From contig CAVSTP010000004.1 in NCBI GenBank assembly GCA_963730935.1, positions 1,600,001 through 1,664,000 on the forward strand: a DNA stretch of 64,000 nt. The letters are read 5' to 3'. Position numbers and translations under genes: made by a program. This DNA is from an uncultured Nitrospiraceae bacterium. Lineage in GTDB: Bacteria > Nitrospirota > Nitrospiria > Nitrospirales > Nitrospiraceae. Under the pieces are notes generated by a model. It searched no databases and was not told the DNA's origin. It saw nothing but the letters and a program-made list of their open reading frames with translations. This document shows, piece after piece, positions 17,537 to 26,700 of this stretch (position 1 is its first letter; the number at the start of each line of letters is the position of its first letter).

Positions 17537-18328
17537 TCATTCCCCGACCCTCACCAACGAGCCCTGTACTTTGCAATAGGCAAACGTCTTGTAAAACAGT
17601 AGGACGGCTCCGATCAACAAGGCGCCGTTGAGTGCGCCTGCCCACGCGAGATGTGCAAGCGGGGCGCCGGTGCCATTGAGCACGGCCCGCATGCCTTCGA
17701 AGACATGCGCCGCGGGGTTGATCCAGGCCACCGCTTGAAGCCACAAGGGCAGAACCTCCAGGGGGTAAAAGACGCAGGAAATGGGCTGGAACAGAAAGAC
17801 CAGGCTCCAAGCAAGAATTTCCGCCTCCTGACCGAACCGCATGATCAGTGAGGTCGTCAGGACCCCGATAATCCACCCGGTAACCACGAGATTCACCACG
17901 AACGGCAGCAACCACAGGCCCATGACCAGCACATTATAGTCGTAGAACAGCCAGGCGCAGATGCCCATCACGAACGACACGCAGGTGACTTTGAAGATGC
18001 TCATCGCGATCGTCGACGCGAGGAATTCGGCGGGTGTCAGTGGACTCGCAAAGAGGTTCATGAGATTTCTCGCCCACAATTCCTCGAGAAACGAGATCGT
18101 GATGCCTTGCTGCGAACGAAACAGCATGTCCCATAGGATCAAGGCGCCCAGAAAGAAGGTCACGAACCCTGGCACCTGAGGCTGGTATTTCACGAGGTAC
18201 ATGGTGATGAATCCCCAGATCACGAGATCCAAAAAAGGCCAATAGAAAATCTCCATGATCCGGGGCAAGCTCCGCCGGTAGAGGTAGAGATGACGGGCCA
18301 CCATGGCGCTCACGCGATGATATTTCAT
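17537..18328 (-). CDS. ABC-2 type exporter permease
   Basis: About six TM segments, EELWARNLMNLFASP, SCVFYPLEVLPLWLQ...INP; ATGA overlap with the upstream gene. Confidence 0.9.
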   Translation of the reverse strand: MKYHRVSAMVARHLYLYRRSLPRIMEIFYWPFLDLVIWGFITMYLVKYQPQVPGFVTFFLGALILWDMLFRSQQGITISFLEELWARNLMNLFASPLTPAEFLASTIAMSIFKVTCVSFVMGICAWLFYDYNVLVMGLWLLPFVVNLVVTGWIIGVLTTSLIMRFGQEAEILAWSLVFLFQPISCVFYPLEVLPLWLQAVAWINPAAHVFEGMRAVLNGTGAPLAHLAWAGALNGALLIGAVLLFYKTFAYCKVQGSLVRVGE

Positions 18329-18744
18329 GGGCACCCTCCGGCTCTGTCAGCACTATGATTATGGTCACAGCCTCCGCACGCGTGATGCGTTCCCAGCAGC
18401 TCGTCCCTCAGGTGACGGATGCCTTCGACCATATGGAGGCCGACCCGGCGTCCGTCTGGTGCCTTTCGGAGGCCGAGACCGGTCAACAGCAGCGGCAGCA
18501 CAAAGAGTCCCGCCACGAAGGCGATATTGGGCGAAAAGGCTTCCGCCCTCAGCCACCATACACCCCACCCAAGCACCAGAGGGCTGATTCCCACAACAAG
18601 ACTATTCATCACCACGCGCAGGCTGCACGCGCCACGCGCCAGTCCGACCGTGCCGATGATGAGCCAGAGCCAGCCCCAGCATGTGCTGAGCGCCAACCCA
18701 CCGATCATTACCCCCATGCCAAAGTCAATGATGCTGTACTGCAT
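18325..18744 (-). CDS. Small 3-TM membrane protein with Cys/His tail
   Basis: Three hydrophobic segments; tail HHACGGCDHNH...GGCP; sits tightly between the ABC genes. Confidence 0.7.
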   Translation of the reverse strand: MQYSIIDFGMGVMIGGLALSTCWGWLWLIIGTVGLARGACSLRVVMNSLVVGISPLVLGWGVWWLRAEAFSPNIAFVAGLFVLPLLLTGLGLRKAPDGRRVGLHMVEGIRHLRDELLGTHHACGGCDHNHSADRAGGCP

Positions 18745-18755
18745 GCGGCTCTCCG

Positions 18756-19496
18756 TCAGGCCGTCTCACGTGACTCCCGGGCGAGTTTAAGAAAGACCTC
18801 TTCAAGATCAGCCTGGCCGAAGCGAGCGACGATTTCCCTCGCCGTGCCTTCGGCCACGATCTTTCCACGTTGGAGAAAGATAATACGATCCGACATCTCT
18901 TCCATTTCACGCATGTTATGGGAGGTATAAAGAATGCTGAGTCCGGCCGAGCGCCGCTCCTCTTTCAGCAGGGCGCGGATTTTGTGAGCGATGTCTGGAT
19001 CGAGGCTGGCCGTGGGCTCATCCAAAAAGAGGATTTTCGGCTCCGTGAGAAAGGCCTTGGCGAGTGTCAATCGCGTCATCTGACCGGAAGACAGCTTTCG
19101 CGTGATCTTCTGCCGAAAATCTTCCATTTCCAGCTTCTTGACGATCTCGTCGACCCGGCGCTTGATGTCGGAGAGGCCATACAGTCGCGCGACCACCCAG
19201 AGATTTTCGTCGACAGTGAGCGCGAGCGGCATGGAAATATAGGTCGAGGAAAAATTCACCGCCTGTAGGATTTGCTCGCGGTGCGTCGCAAGATCCATCC
19301 CGAATACCTCGATGGATCCGGCGGTGGGCGTGATGAGACCAAGCAACATGTGAATTGTCGTCGTCTTTCCCGCGCCATTCGGGCCCAATAACCCAAGGAT
19401 CTCCCCGGGCCGGATGACAAAGGACACGTCATCGACAGCGGTAAAATCGCCGAACTGTTTTCGCAAGTGGCTGACTTGCAATACGGGTGTCGTCAT
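18756..19496 (-). CDS. ABC transporter ATP-binding protein
   Basis: GPNGAGKT, LSSGQ, LFLDEPT, YTSH. Confidence 0.95.
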   Translation of the reverse strand: MTTPVLQVSHLRKQFGDFTAVDDVSFVIRPGEILGLLGPNGAGKTTTIHMLLGLITPTAGSIEVFGMDLATHREQILQAVNFSSTYISMPLALTVDENLWVVARLYGLSDIKRRVDEIVKKLEMEDFRQKITRKLSSGQMTRLTLAKAFLTEPKILFLDEPTASLDPDIAHKIRALLKEERRSAGLSILYTSHNMREMEEMSDRIIFLQRGKIVAEGTAREIVARFGQADLEEVFLKLARESRETA

Positions 19497-19512
19497 AGGG
19501 GATGGGGTACGT

Positions 19513-20220
19513 TCAAAATGACAAGAAGTCTTTGATCTTCTCCGGTAGATGGCAGGTCTCACATTTGCGATCCACGACCTTGCCTCGATGTTCGGTTTTG
19601 CCGTCATGACAGCGGAAGCAGTCGTCGAGGGCCCTGGTGCGAAGATGTGATCCTTCCGGATAGTCCGGGTTCCACGGTTTCGTGTCGGCGGACACGTGTC
19701 CCCGTGGTATGACGATGGGATAGCCCTTGATCGGCCGATCGTGCACCACCCCCGAATGGCAGGTAGTACAACCCTCTCCTTGATTCCGTAGCCCGAACGC
19801 CTCCATGTGCTTTCGATGACTCATGATGAGACCGACGTCCTTCAATGGCGCGGGAAGATCCCTCGGCGCCACTTCCGATGTGCGCAGAATATGCTGGTGA
19901 CAACTGAGACAGACGTTGGAGTCCACCTTGGCTCTCAGGTTATGCGACTCGGTCGGCGTACCGAACAGATAGATGGCGAGGTCTTTCGTTCCCGCCCATG
20001 CCTTGTCATGGATCCAGCCTTCCACCCCTGGTCGCACATGGCAAGCCACACACGTCACCTCTTTATGCGAAGACCTCGCCCAACTGTCGTGCGATGGGGT
20101 GATCGTGTGGCAACTGGCACAGAGTTTCGGATGGTCGGTCAGGGGGACGGCGACTGCACCCAGCACCATGGCTCCGGCGGCTAGAACCAGGACAATGGTG
20201 GTTCTAGACGTCCAGTTCAT
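19513..20220 (-). CDS. Membrane-anchored hexaheme cytochrome c with NapC/NirT-like N-terminus
   Basis: N-terminal TM and six CxxCH motifs: CASCH, CVACH, CLSCH, CTTCH, CFRCH, CETCH. Confidence 0.9.
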   Translation of the reverse strand: MNWTSRTTIVLVLAAGAMVLGAVAVPLTDHPKLCASCHTITPSHDSWARSSHKEVTCVACHVRPGVEGWIHDKAWAGTKDLAIYLFGTPTESHNLRAKVDSNVCLSCHQHILRTSEVAPRDLPAPLKDVGLIMSHRKHMEAFGLRNQGEGCTTCHSGVVHDRPIKGYPIVIPRGHVSADTKPWNPDYPEGSHLRTRALDDCFRCHDGKTEHRGKVVDRKCETCHLPEKIKDFLSF

Positions 20221-20728
20221 GCTCCCCGCGAACACGTCGCAGAGGAAAATGCTTCATGATGAGCGCCGCCACAGCCGGAACGTCATTGAGATCGAAGCGG
20301 GGCACGTGCAAGTCGATTGGTTTGTCGGACACCACCGCCAGCAAGCCCTCTGGGAATATCGGAATCTCCCCGACCTCCTCGCGAATGATCACAATTTTCG
20401 GGTACCCCTGGTGCTTCCAGCCCTCGGCAATGATCAAGTCATAGGAGCCGTCCAAGAAGCGGTCTCGAATGTCTTCCACGTTAAGCTGATCCGATACGTC
20501 CGCAAACATGGCCACGCTGCTCTTCGAGAGGATCACCACGCTGCTCGCACCGGCTTGCTTATGGCGCCAACTGTCTTTGCCTTCCGTATCCAGATCGAAC
20601 CCGTGTCCGGCATGCTTGACAGTGGCGATTTTGTACCCCGCGCGGACGAGTTCCGGAATCACCCGTTCGATGAAGGTCGTCTTGCCGCTGTTCGACTTTC
20701 CCACAAAACAGACGATCGGCACGGCCAT
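20204..20728 (-). CDS. mobB: Molybdopterin-guanine dinucleotide biosynthesis protein B
   Basis: GKSNSGKTT, VKHAGHGFDLDTEGKDSWRH, AEGWK. Confidence 0.95.
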   Translation of the reverse strand: MAVPIVCFVGKSNSGKTTFIERVIPELVRAGYKIATVKHAGHGFDLDTEGKDSWRHKQAGASSVVILSKSSVAMFADVSDQLNVEDIRDRFLDGSYDLIIAEGWKHQGYPKIVIIREEVGEIPIFPEGLLAVVSDKPIDLHVPRFDLNDVPAVAALIMKHFPLRRVRGEHELDV

Positions 20729-20741
20729 CAATACATTCCTC

Positions 20742-22040
20742 TCAGCAGCAGGACAGACGGTGAGGGCCGGTTTGACTCGGTTCGGACTGGTTCGTCCACC
20801 CTTCTCCACTGAGCAATTGGACGGTCACCAGATCGCCCGGGTTGAGACGTTCTACCTCGGCCGCCACATCAATGAGGCAGTTCGCCTTGACCATGGACGT
20901 GAGAATGCCGGAGCCTTGATCCCCAGTCGTGTGTACCTTGAAGGTGCCGGCTTCCTGCGTCAGCACCCCCCGAAGAAAATGCCGGCGATCAGGCCGTTTG
21001 GAAAACTTTTCCTGGAACACGGCCTGCACCACCGGACGGCCGTAGCTTCGATGCCCGCTCATCTTGAGCATCGCCGGACGCACCAGTTGCTCGAACGTCA
21101 CCATGGAAGAGACCGGATTGCCGGGCAATCCAAAGGCTAACTTGCCCTGGATTTTCCCGAAGGCCAGCGGCTGCCCCGGCTTGATGGCCAGTTTCCAGAA
21201 ATTCATCTCAGCGCCGAGATCGCGGAATACCGCCTTCGTGAAATCATAATCGCCCATCGAGACGCCGCCCGAGAGCACCAAGATATCGGCGGTCAGGCCG
21301 TGAGAAATCTTTTCTTTCAACGCCGTGGGCGTATCCTTGGCGATGCCGAGAAGGAACGGAATGCCGCCCGCATCCTGGACAGCGGCGGCAAGGCCGTAGC
21401 TATTCGAGTTGATGATTTTTTCTTCGCTGAACCGCTCGTCGAGATCTGCCAACTCGTCGCCCGTCGACAGAATCGCCACGCGTGGCCGTTGATAGGCAAA
21501 GACAAACGATTTAGCGAGAATCGCCAGCATCCCCGCTTCGCCGGGTCTGATGCGTGTGCCCTTCGCGATAATCCGCTCCCCTTTCTTGACGTCCTCGCCC
21601 TGGGGACGGATGTTGGCGCCTCTCTGTTCCGGCTTGAAGACGCGAACGGAATCCGGCTGATGCTCCGTATCTTCGACTTTCAGCACGGTGTCCGCCCCTT
21701 TGGGAATCGGCGCACCGGTCATGATGCGGATCGCCTGACCTGGGCCGACCGTCTTCGTCGGCATCTTGCCGGCCGGCACGTCCTCGATCACCGTGAGCGT
21801 CACCGGTTTTTGGATCTCGTGTTCCTGCTTGATGTCCTCCCAACGCACAGCAAACCCGTCCATGGCGCTGTTATCCCAGGGCGGATTGTCCCGTTCGACG
21901 ATGATGTCTTCACCGAGCACGCGTCCCAAGGCATCCAGCAAGGGAATCTTTTCCAGCCCGAGCACAGGGGTGGCGTCCAAGACAATCCTTTGAGCCTCCT
22001 CGAGAGGCGTCAAGCCGGCCATGGCATCCTTGGCTTTCAT
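20742..22040 (-). CDS. moeA: Molybdopterin molybdotransferase
   Basis: SAMDGFA, IMTGAPIP, STGDEL, SGGVSMGDYD, GLPGNPVS. Confidence 0.97.
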   Translation of the reverse strand: MKAKDAMAGLTPLEEAQRIVLDATPVLGLEKIPLLDALGRVLGEDIIVERDNPPWDNSAMDGFAVRWEDIKQEHEIQKPVTLTVIEDVPAGKMPTKTVGPGQAIRIMTGAPIPKGADTVLKVEDTEHQPDSVRVFKPEQRGANIRPQGEDVKKGERIIAKGTRIRPGEAGMLAILAKSFVFAYQRPRVAILSTGDELADLDERFSEEKIINSNSYGLAAAVQDAGGIPFLLGIAKDTPTALKEKISHGLTADILVLSGGVSMGDYDFTKAVFRDLGAEMNFWKLAIKPGQPLAFGKIQGKLAFGLPGNPVSSMVTFEQLVRPAMLKMSGHRSYGRPVVQAVFQEKFSKRPDRRHFLRGVLTQEAGTFKVHTTGDQGSGILTSMVKANCLIDVAAEVERLNPGDLVTVQLLSGEGWTNQSEPSQTGPHRLSCC

Positions 22041-22049
22041 CGTTGCGGT

Positions 22050-23003
22050 CTACCGGTGTTGGCGGGGAGCCACGTTCACGAGGGACCCGCTTTTCTTGCA
22101 GAAGGCTTCCACCTTATTGGCGATCTCGTGATACGCCTCGGCCGTTGGTGTATCAGAATTGAACATGGCGAACGGCTCGCCGGCATCCGACTGGGTGACC
22201 ACATCCGGGTCGAGCGGAATCCGCCCGAGGAAGGGCACCCCCATGTCCATCGCCGAGGCTTCTCCGCCGCCCTTCCGAAACACCTCAATTTGCTGGTGAC
22301 AATGAGGACATTCGAGCCCGCTCATGTTCTCCACGATGCCGATGATCGGTACTTCGCTGTCTTTGCAAAACGTCACCGACTTGCGCGAATCCAGCAGCGC
22401 AACCTCTTGCGGGGTCGTGATGATGACGGCACCGCTGACGTTACCCAACAAGTCGATGGTCGTCACCGATTCGTTTCCAGTTCCGGGGGGCAGATCGATC
22501 AAGAGGAAGTTCAGGTCCTGCCATTCGACTCCGCCCAACAGCTGGTTGATGAACTCGTATTTGTAGGCGTCACGCCAGATGATGGGATCATCGGGATTCT
22601 GCAGCAGAAACGACATGGAAGCGATCTTGAGGTTGTAGGCTTGAAACGGAATGATGCCGCCTGAAGTGCTGATCTTGAGCTTTTGTCCTTCGGCACCGAC
22701 CATCTTCGGGATGTTGGGACCGTGAATGTCCATGTCGCAAATACCGACATGCCATCCCTTGAGCGCCAGACTGACGGCGAGATTCGTCGTGCAGGTGCTC
22801 TTTCCCACCCCGCCCTTGTTGCTCATGATGAGGACTTTGTACTCGATCCGCTCCATCCGCTTGGCGACCAGCCATCGGCTGTGCCCTTCCTTATCCTTCT
22901 GACACGATTCGTTCTCGTCGCAAATCGCACAGGCCCACATGTACGTGCAGGCATCGCTGCCGCCGGACGTCGGCGTGGAGATCACATTGAGTTCGCGAGG
23001 CAT
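22050..23003 (-). CDS. mrp: Mrp/ApbC/NBP35 Fe-S cluster carrier ATPase
   Basis: KGGVGKS, DIHGPNIP, DLPPGTG, TTPQ, GIVENMS, CPHC. Confidence 0.95.
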   Translation of the reverse strand: MPRELNVISTPTSGGSDACTYMWACAICDENESCQKDKEGHSRWLVAKRMERIEYKVLIMSNKGGVGKSTCTTNLAVSLALKGWHVGICDMDIHGPNIPKMVGAEGQKLKISTSGGIIPFQAYNLKIASMSFLLQNPDDPIIWRDAYKYEFINQLLGGVEWQDLNFLLIDLPPGTGNESVTTIDLLGNVSGAVIITTPQEVALLDSRKSVTFCKDSEVPIIGIVENMSGLECPHCHQQIEVFRKGGGEASAMDMGVPFLGRIPLDPDVVTQSDAGEPFAMFNSDTPTAEAYHEIANKVEAFCKKSGSLVNVAPRQHR

Positions 23004-23054
23004 CGTAATCGAACCTTTCTAGCGTTCCTGGCGTTGAATCTGAAGCACTTCCTG

Positions 23055-23978
23055 CTATCGCCGCCTGCCGGCTCCGGTGGGGACACCGAGGTATTCCCCG
23101 TCACTCGCACCCGACATGGCCGGCGCCATGACTTTAGGGCCGACCGGCGCCACGGCAGTGGCCGGCTCTGCCGCCGGTTTCCTGTTGAAGAACCCCGCGC
23201 TGATGATGCCGACCTCATAGAAAATGTACATCGGCAGCGCCATAAGACATTGATTGAAGGGATCCGGAGTGGGGGTCAGAATGGCGGCGACGATGAAGGC
23301 GCCCAACAAGGCCCATTTCCGGTAGCGCTTCAGAAACGGCGCATCAACCCAGCCCAGCTTGGCCATGAGGGTAATGGCCAACGGCACTTCGAAAATCAAT
23401 CCAAACACCATCAAAAACCACAGCGCAAACCCCACGTACTGCGCGATCGACAGCTGTGGAATGAAGCCGGCGCTCACTCCGTACGACACGAGAAAATTCA
23501 GCGCAAACGGCAGGACGAAGAAAAAGGAGAATCCGACGCCAGCATAAAACGCGAGCGTGCTCAATATGACAAACGGCCCAACGAACCGGCGCTCCTGCGC
23601 GTGAAGGCCCGGCACCACAAATTGCCAAACCTCCAGCAGGATGTATGGCGTGGCGAGCACAAGGGCAAACAGGCCGGCCACTTTGACGTTCTGCCAAAGC
23701 GCTTCGGCCGGGGCCAGGAAGACGAACGGCACGGTCGGCAGATCCGTGGGCATCCAGGAGAGAGAACCGGGCACGAACATGTTTTGGAGGGGAATACGCA
23801 GCCACTTGACGAGTGTGTCTGCGTAGAAAAACGTCCCGACGAAGACGACGGCCGTCGCGATGACTGCCCGCGTGAGCCGGACTTGGAGCTCGACCAGATG
23901 CTCCATGACCGGCATTTTCTTATCTTCCAGCGGCTTAAAGACGGAATCTTGCAGCCACCGATTAAAATCGTTCAGCAC
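23055..23978 (-). CDS. tatC: Twin-arginine translocase subunit TatC
   Basis: MPVMEHLVEL, WQFVVPGL, FGLIFEVP, AAILTPTPD; start codon uncertain. Confidence 0.95.
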   Translation of the reverse strand: MLNDFNRWLQDSVFKPLEDKKMPVMEHLVELQVRLTRAVIATAVVFVGTFFYADTLVKWLRIPLQNMFVPGSLSWMPTDLPTVPFVFLAPAEALWQNVKVAGLFALVLATPYILLEVWQFVVPGLHAQERRFVGPFVILSTLAFYAGVGFSFFFVLPFALNFLVSYGVSAGFIPQLSIAQYVGFALWFLMVFGLIFEVPLAITLMAKLGWVDAPFLKRYRKWALLGAFIVAAILTPTPDPFNQCLMALPMYIFYEVGIISAGFFNRKPAAEPATAVAPVGPKVMAPAMSGASDGEYLGVPTGAGRRR

Positions 23979-24044
23979 TGCGCCCCCAGCAGAGTCGCAG
24001 CGCGCAGGTATCACCCGCGCGCTGTCCCGTGATGACTTCGGCGA

Positions 24045-25565
24045 TTATTTCGGATTGACCGCCACGAACAGGTTGTTCCCTTGCCGGCTGAGCAGCAGAA
24101 CGGCCAGCTCCTCTTTTTTGATTTTGTACGCCGCCTTTTGATATTCGTCCAGGTTCTTAACCACTTCATGATTGACTTCTTGAATCACGTCACCACGCTG
24201 AATGCCGGCGGCTTCTGCGGGCCCGCCCGGTTCAACTGCTGACACGACGACGCCGGCGGTCTTGGCCGGAATGTTCAACTGGCTCATCGTGGCATTGTCC
24301 AACGACTGCACCTTGAGCGACGCCAGCACATTGTCGGGCGGCTTGATCGTCTCCCCCTGTTCCTTCGGAGGCGCAGACTCCTTTTTCGCGAGCATTTCGT
24401 CGGAGGGCCGTTCGGCCACCCGCACCGAAAGCGTCTGCTCCTTGCCTTCGCGTAGAATCTTGATCTGCGCGTCCTTGCCCACAACCGTGCGCGCCACCAG
24501 ATTGCGCAACTGACTAACGCTTTGTACCTCTTTCCCGTTGAAGGCCACGACGACGTCCCCGCGTTTGACTCCCGCCGCATGAGACGGACCGTTTTCATTC
24601 ACATCGCTGATCAGCACACCCTTCCGCTGTTCGGGCAGCTTGAAGGACTTCGCGAGTGCGGGCGTAATTTCCTGGATCGCGACCCCCATCCAGCCGCGCA
24701 CGACCTTCCCGGTCTTCTGCAGGCTGTCAACGATATCCAACGCGATGCTGCTCGGAATGGCGAACCCAATCCCTTCAGAGCCGCCTGTCCTCGAAAAAAT
24801 CGCCGTATTGATCCCAATCAAGTCACCGTTCATGTTGACGAGCGCTCCGCCTGAATTGCCGGGATTGATCGCCGCGTCGGTCTGAATGAAATCCTCATAA
24901 TCTGCAATTCCGACATTGCCCCGGCCGAGCGCACTGATAATGCCCAACGTGACCGTCGAGCTCAGGCCGAACGGGCTACCGATGGCGAGCACCAAATCCC
25001 CGACCTGCAGTTTTTCATATTCCGCCCACTTGACGGAGGGAAGATCCTTGGCCTCGATTTTCACGACGGCGAGATCTGTCTTGGGATCTGCGCCGACGAT
25101 TTTGGCCGAAAACTCCCGCCGATCGCTGAGCGTCACCGTAATCTGCGTCGCACCTTCCACGACGTGATTGTTGGTGACGATATAGCCGTTGGGATCGAGG
25201 ATGACGCCGGAACCGGCGCTTTGATCAGGACGTCCGTGAGGACCCGGCGGCGGCATCGGAGGAGGAGTCGGCAGTTCACCGCCTGGCTCATCGCCGGGCG
25301 GGCCACCGGGAGGTCCACCGAACGGACCTGGAGGCAACGGTCGCCTGCCCCGTGCGCCCTCGCTTCCACCGGTTACCGCGATGTTGACGACCGCAGGTGT
25401 CACCTTTTTGACGATTTCAGCGAAGCCCTGCGCCATTGTTGGGGGGACGCCGGCGGCTGTTGCCGACGGATCGCCTGCGAGCGGGTTCAGGGTACAAGCA
25501 AGTGCAAACGCACACACACAACTGGCCAATCCGAGTGCACGACCGTTCTCACTCCACGTTGCCAT
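24045..25565 (-). CDS. degP: Do/DegP-family serine endoprotease with two PDZ domains
   Basis: TNNHV, DLAV, GNSGG catalytic triad; signal peptide; two PDZ domains. Confidence 0.93.
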   Translation of the reverse strand: MATWSENGRALGLASCVCAFALACTLNPLAGDPSATAAGVPPTMAQGFAEIVKKVTPAVVNIAVTGGSEGARGRRPLPPGPFGGPPGGPPGDEPGGELPTPPPMPPPGPHGRPDQSAGSGVILDPNGYIVTNNHVVEGATQITVTLSDRREFSAKIVGADPKTDLAVVKIEAKDLPSVKWAEYEKLQVGDLVLAIGSPFGLSSTVTLGIISALGRGNVGIADYEDFIQTDAAINPGNSGGALVNMNGDLIGINTAIFSRTGGSEGIGFAIPSSIALDIVDSLQKTGKVVRGWMGVAIQEITPALAKSFKLPEQRKGVLISDVNENGPSHAAGVKRGDVVVAFNGKEVQSVSQLRNLVARTVVGKDAQIKILREGKEQTLSVRVAERPSDEMLAKKESAPPKEQGETIKPPDNVLASLKVQSLDNATMSQLNIPAKTAGVVVSAVEPGGPAEAAGIQRGDVIQEVNHEVVKNLDEYQKAAYKIKKEELAVLLLSRQGNNLFVAVNPK

Positions 25566-25661
25566 GACCGTATTCCTCCGGAGGGTTTATACAAGTTCCT
25601 TAATATTATTGGGATGAACGACTCATTGTACACTATCCATTCCGAGGCCTTCAAAGAGTAA

Positions 25662-25700
25662 TCGTCCCCTTCGGGTCCGCAAGCCACCCGAAAGGGACGA
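25662..25700. terminator. Hairpin downstream of the lipoprotein gene
   Basis: TCGTCCC.TTCGGGT...ACCCGAA.GGGACGA stem; weak U-tract. Confidence 0.45.
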
Positions 25701-25732
25701 CCACGACGAACTGCTATGATCGACGATCCAGG

Positions 25733-26509
25733 CTACGAGGCGGGTCTCTCCGCCGCCATGGCCTGCAGCTGACCGATATATGAGTTCTGCAGTTTTAGCG
25801 CCAGCCGCTTCTCTGCCTGGTCAAATGACACCACCCGTAGGGTATTCGGGGCACCTTCGTATGTGGGAGGCCAGATTCTGCGCTCCGGATCCTGAGGACG
25901 CAGATAGATAGCCGGGTACCATTGATCGATGCCGGGCGCCGTCGGCCGGTCCAAGGTGGCCCAGCCCCGCCCCTCAGCCTGCATGAGCAACACATTATTC
26001 TTTAAATCCAGCAAGGCGAATTCCAGGAGCGACCAATTGTCACGGCGAAGGCCAGGCTGTGAATGCGTCGTCCATCCGAGAAATAGAGTGAGGGGATACT
26101 CCTGCTCAGTGCTGGAGAGCACTACCACTGCCAAATAATCCAAACCACGTTGGCGCCCTAAATCCGCAAATTGGCTCCAATCTCCATTCGGTTGGGGACG
26201 GATTTGGTCTGCGGGGAGCACGTCCGTAATCATGACGGGAATCGCTCGACTAATGTCCAGCCTCAAGGTTTCACCGAGCCGCACGAACGCCTCATCAGGA
26301 AGGTTCGGCGCTGCATCAGGTGCTGCCGTGTCGGACACGAGGACGAGTCCGGCCTTGAGCGGCCGCTGCTCGATCTGTGTCAGAGCGTCCTCACCCGCCC
26401 GGCGCTCGGAGGACACGTAGTCACCTAGGCGACTAGGAGGAACAGCGCACGAGGTGAGGAACAACACCGCACCTAAGAGCCCGAATGAGATTTTCACGGT
26501 TCCATGCAT
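25733..26509 (-). CDS. Hypothetical lipoprotein
   Basis: GGAGG RBS; lipobox LTSC; alpha/beta body. Confidence 0.7.
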   Translation of the reverse strand: MHGTVKISFGLLGAVLFLTSCAVPPSRLGDYVSSERRAGEDALTQIEQRPLKAGLVLVSDTAAPDAAPNLPDEAFVRLGETLRLDISRAIPVMITDVLPADQIRPQPNGDWSQFADLGRQRGLDYLAVVVLSSTEQEYPLTLFLGWTTHSQPGLRRDNWSLLEFALLDLKNNVLLMQAEGRGWATLDRPTAPGIDQWYPAIYLRPQDPERRIWPPTYEGAPNTLRVVSFDQAEKRLALKLQNSYIGQLQAMAAERPAS

Positions 26510-26700
26510 GGCCCACCTCCCGGTTGAGGACGCCGCTATGGCTTGCACGGTTGCAGATACGTTCGCTCCCCTATGCCAGCGCTGTCAAGTCCACGTTTCC
26601 TCTTGTATTTTCCCCTCCAGCTCAGCTACCGTACGCTCTAAGGGAAACGCTCTAAGGGACGGACTCACAGCGCGCCTCCTTCCGGAATCGCAGGAGTCCT

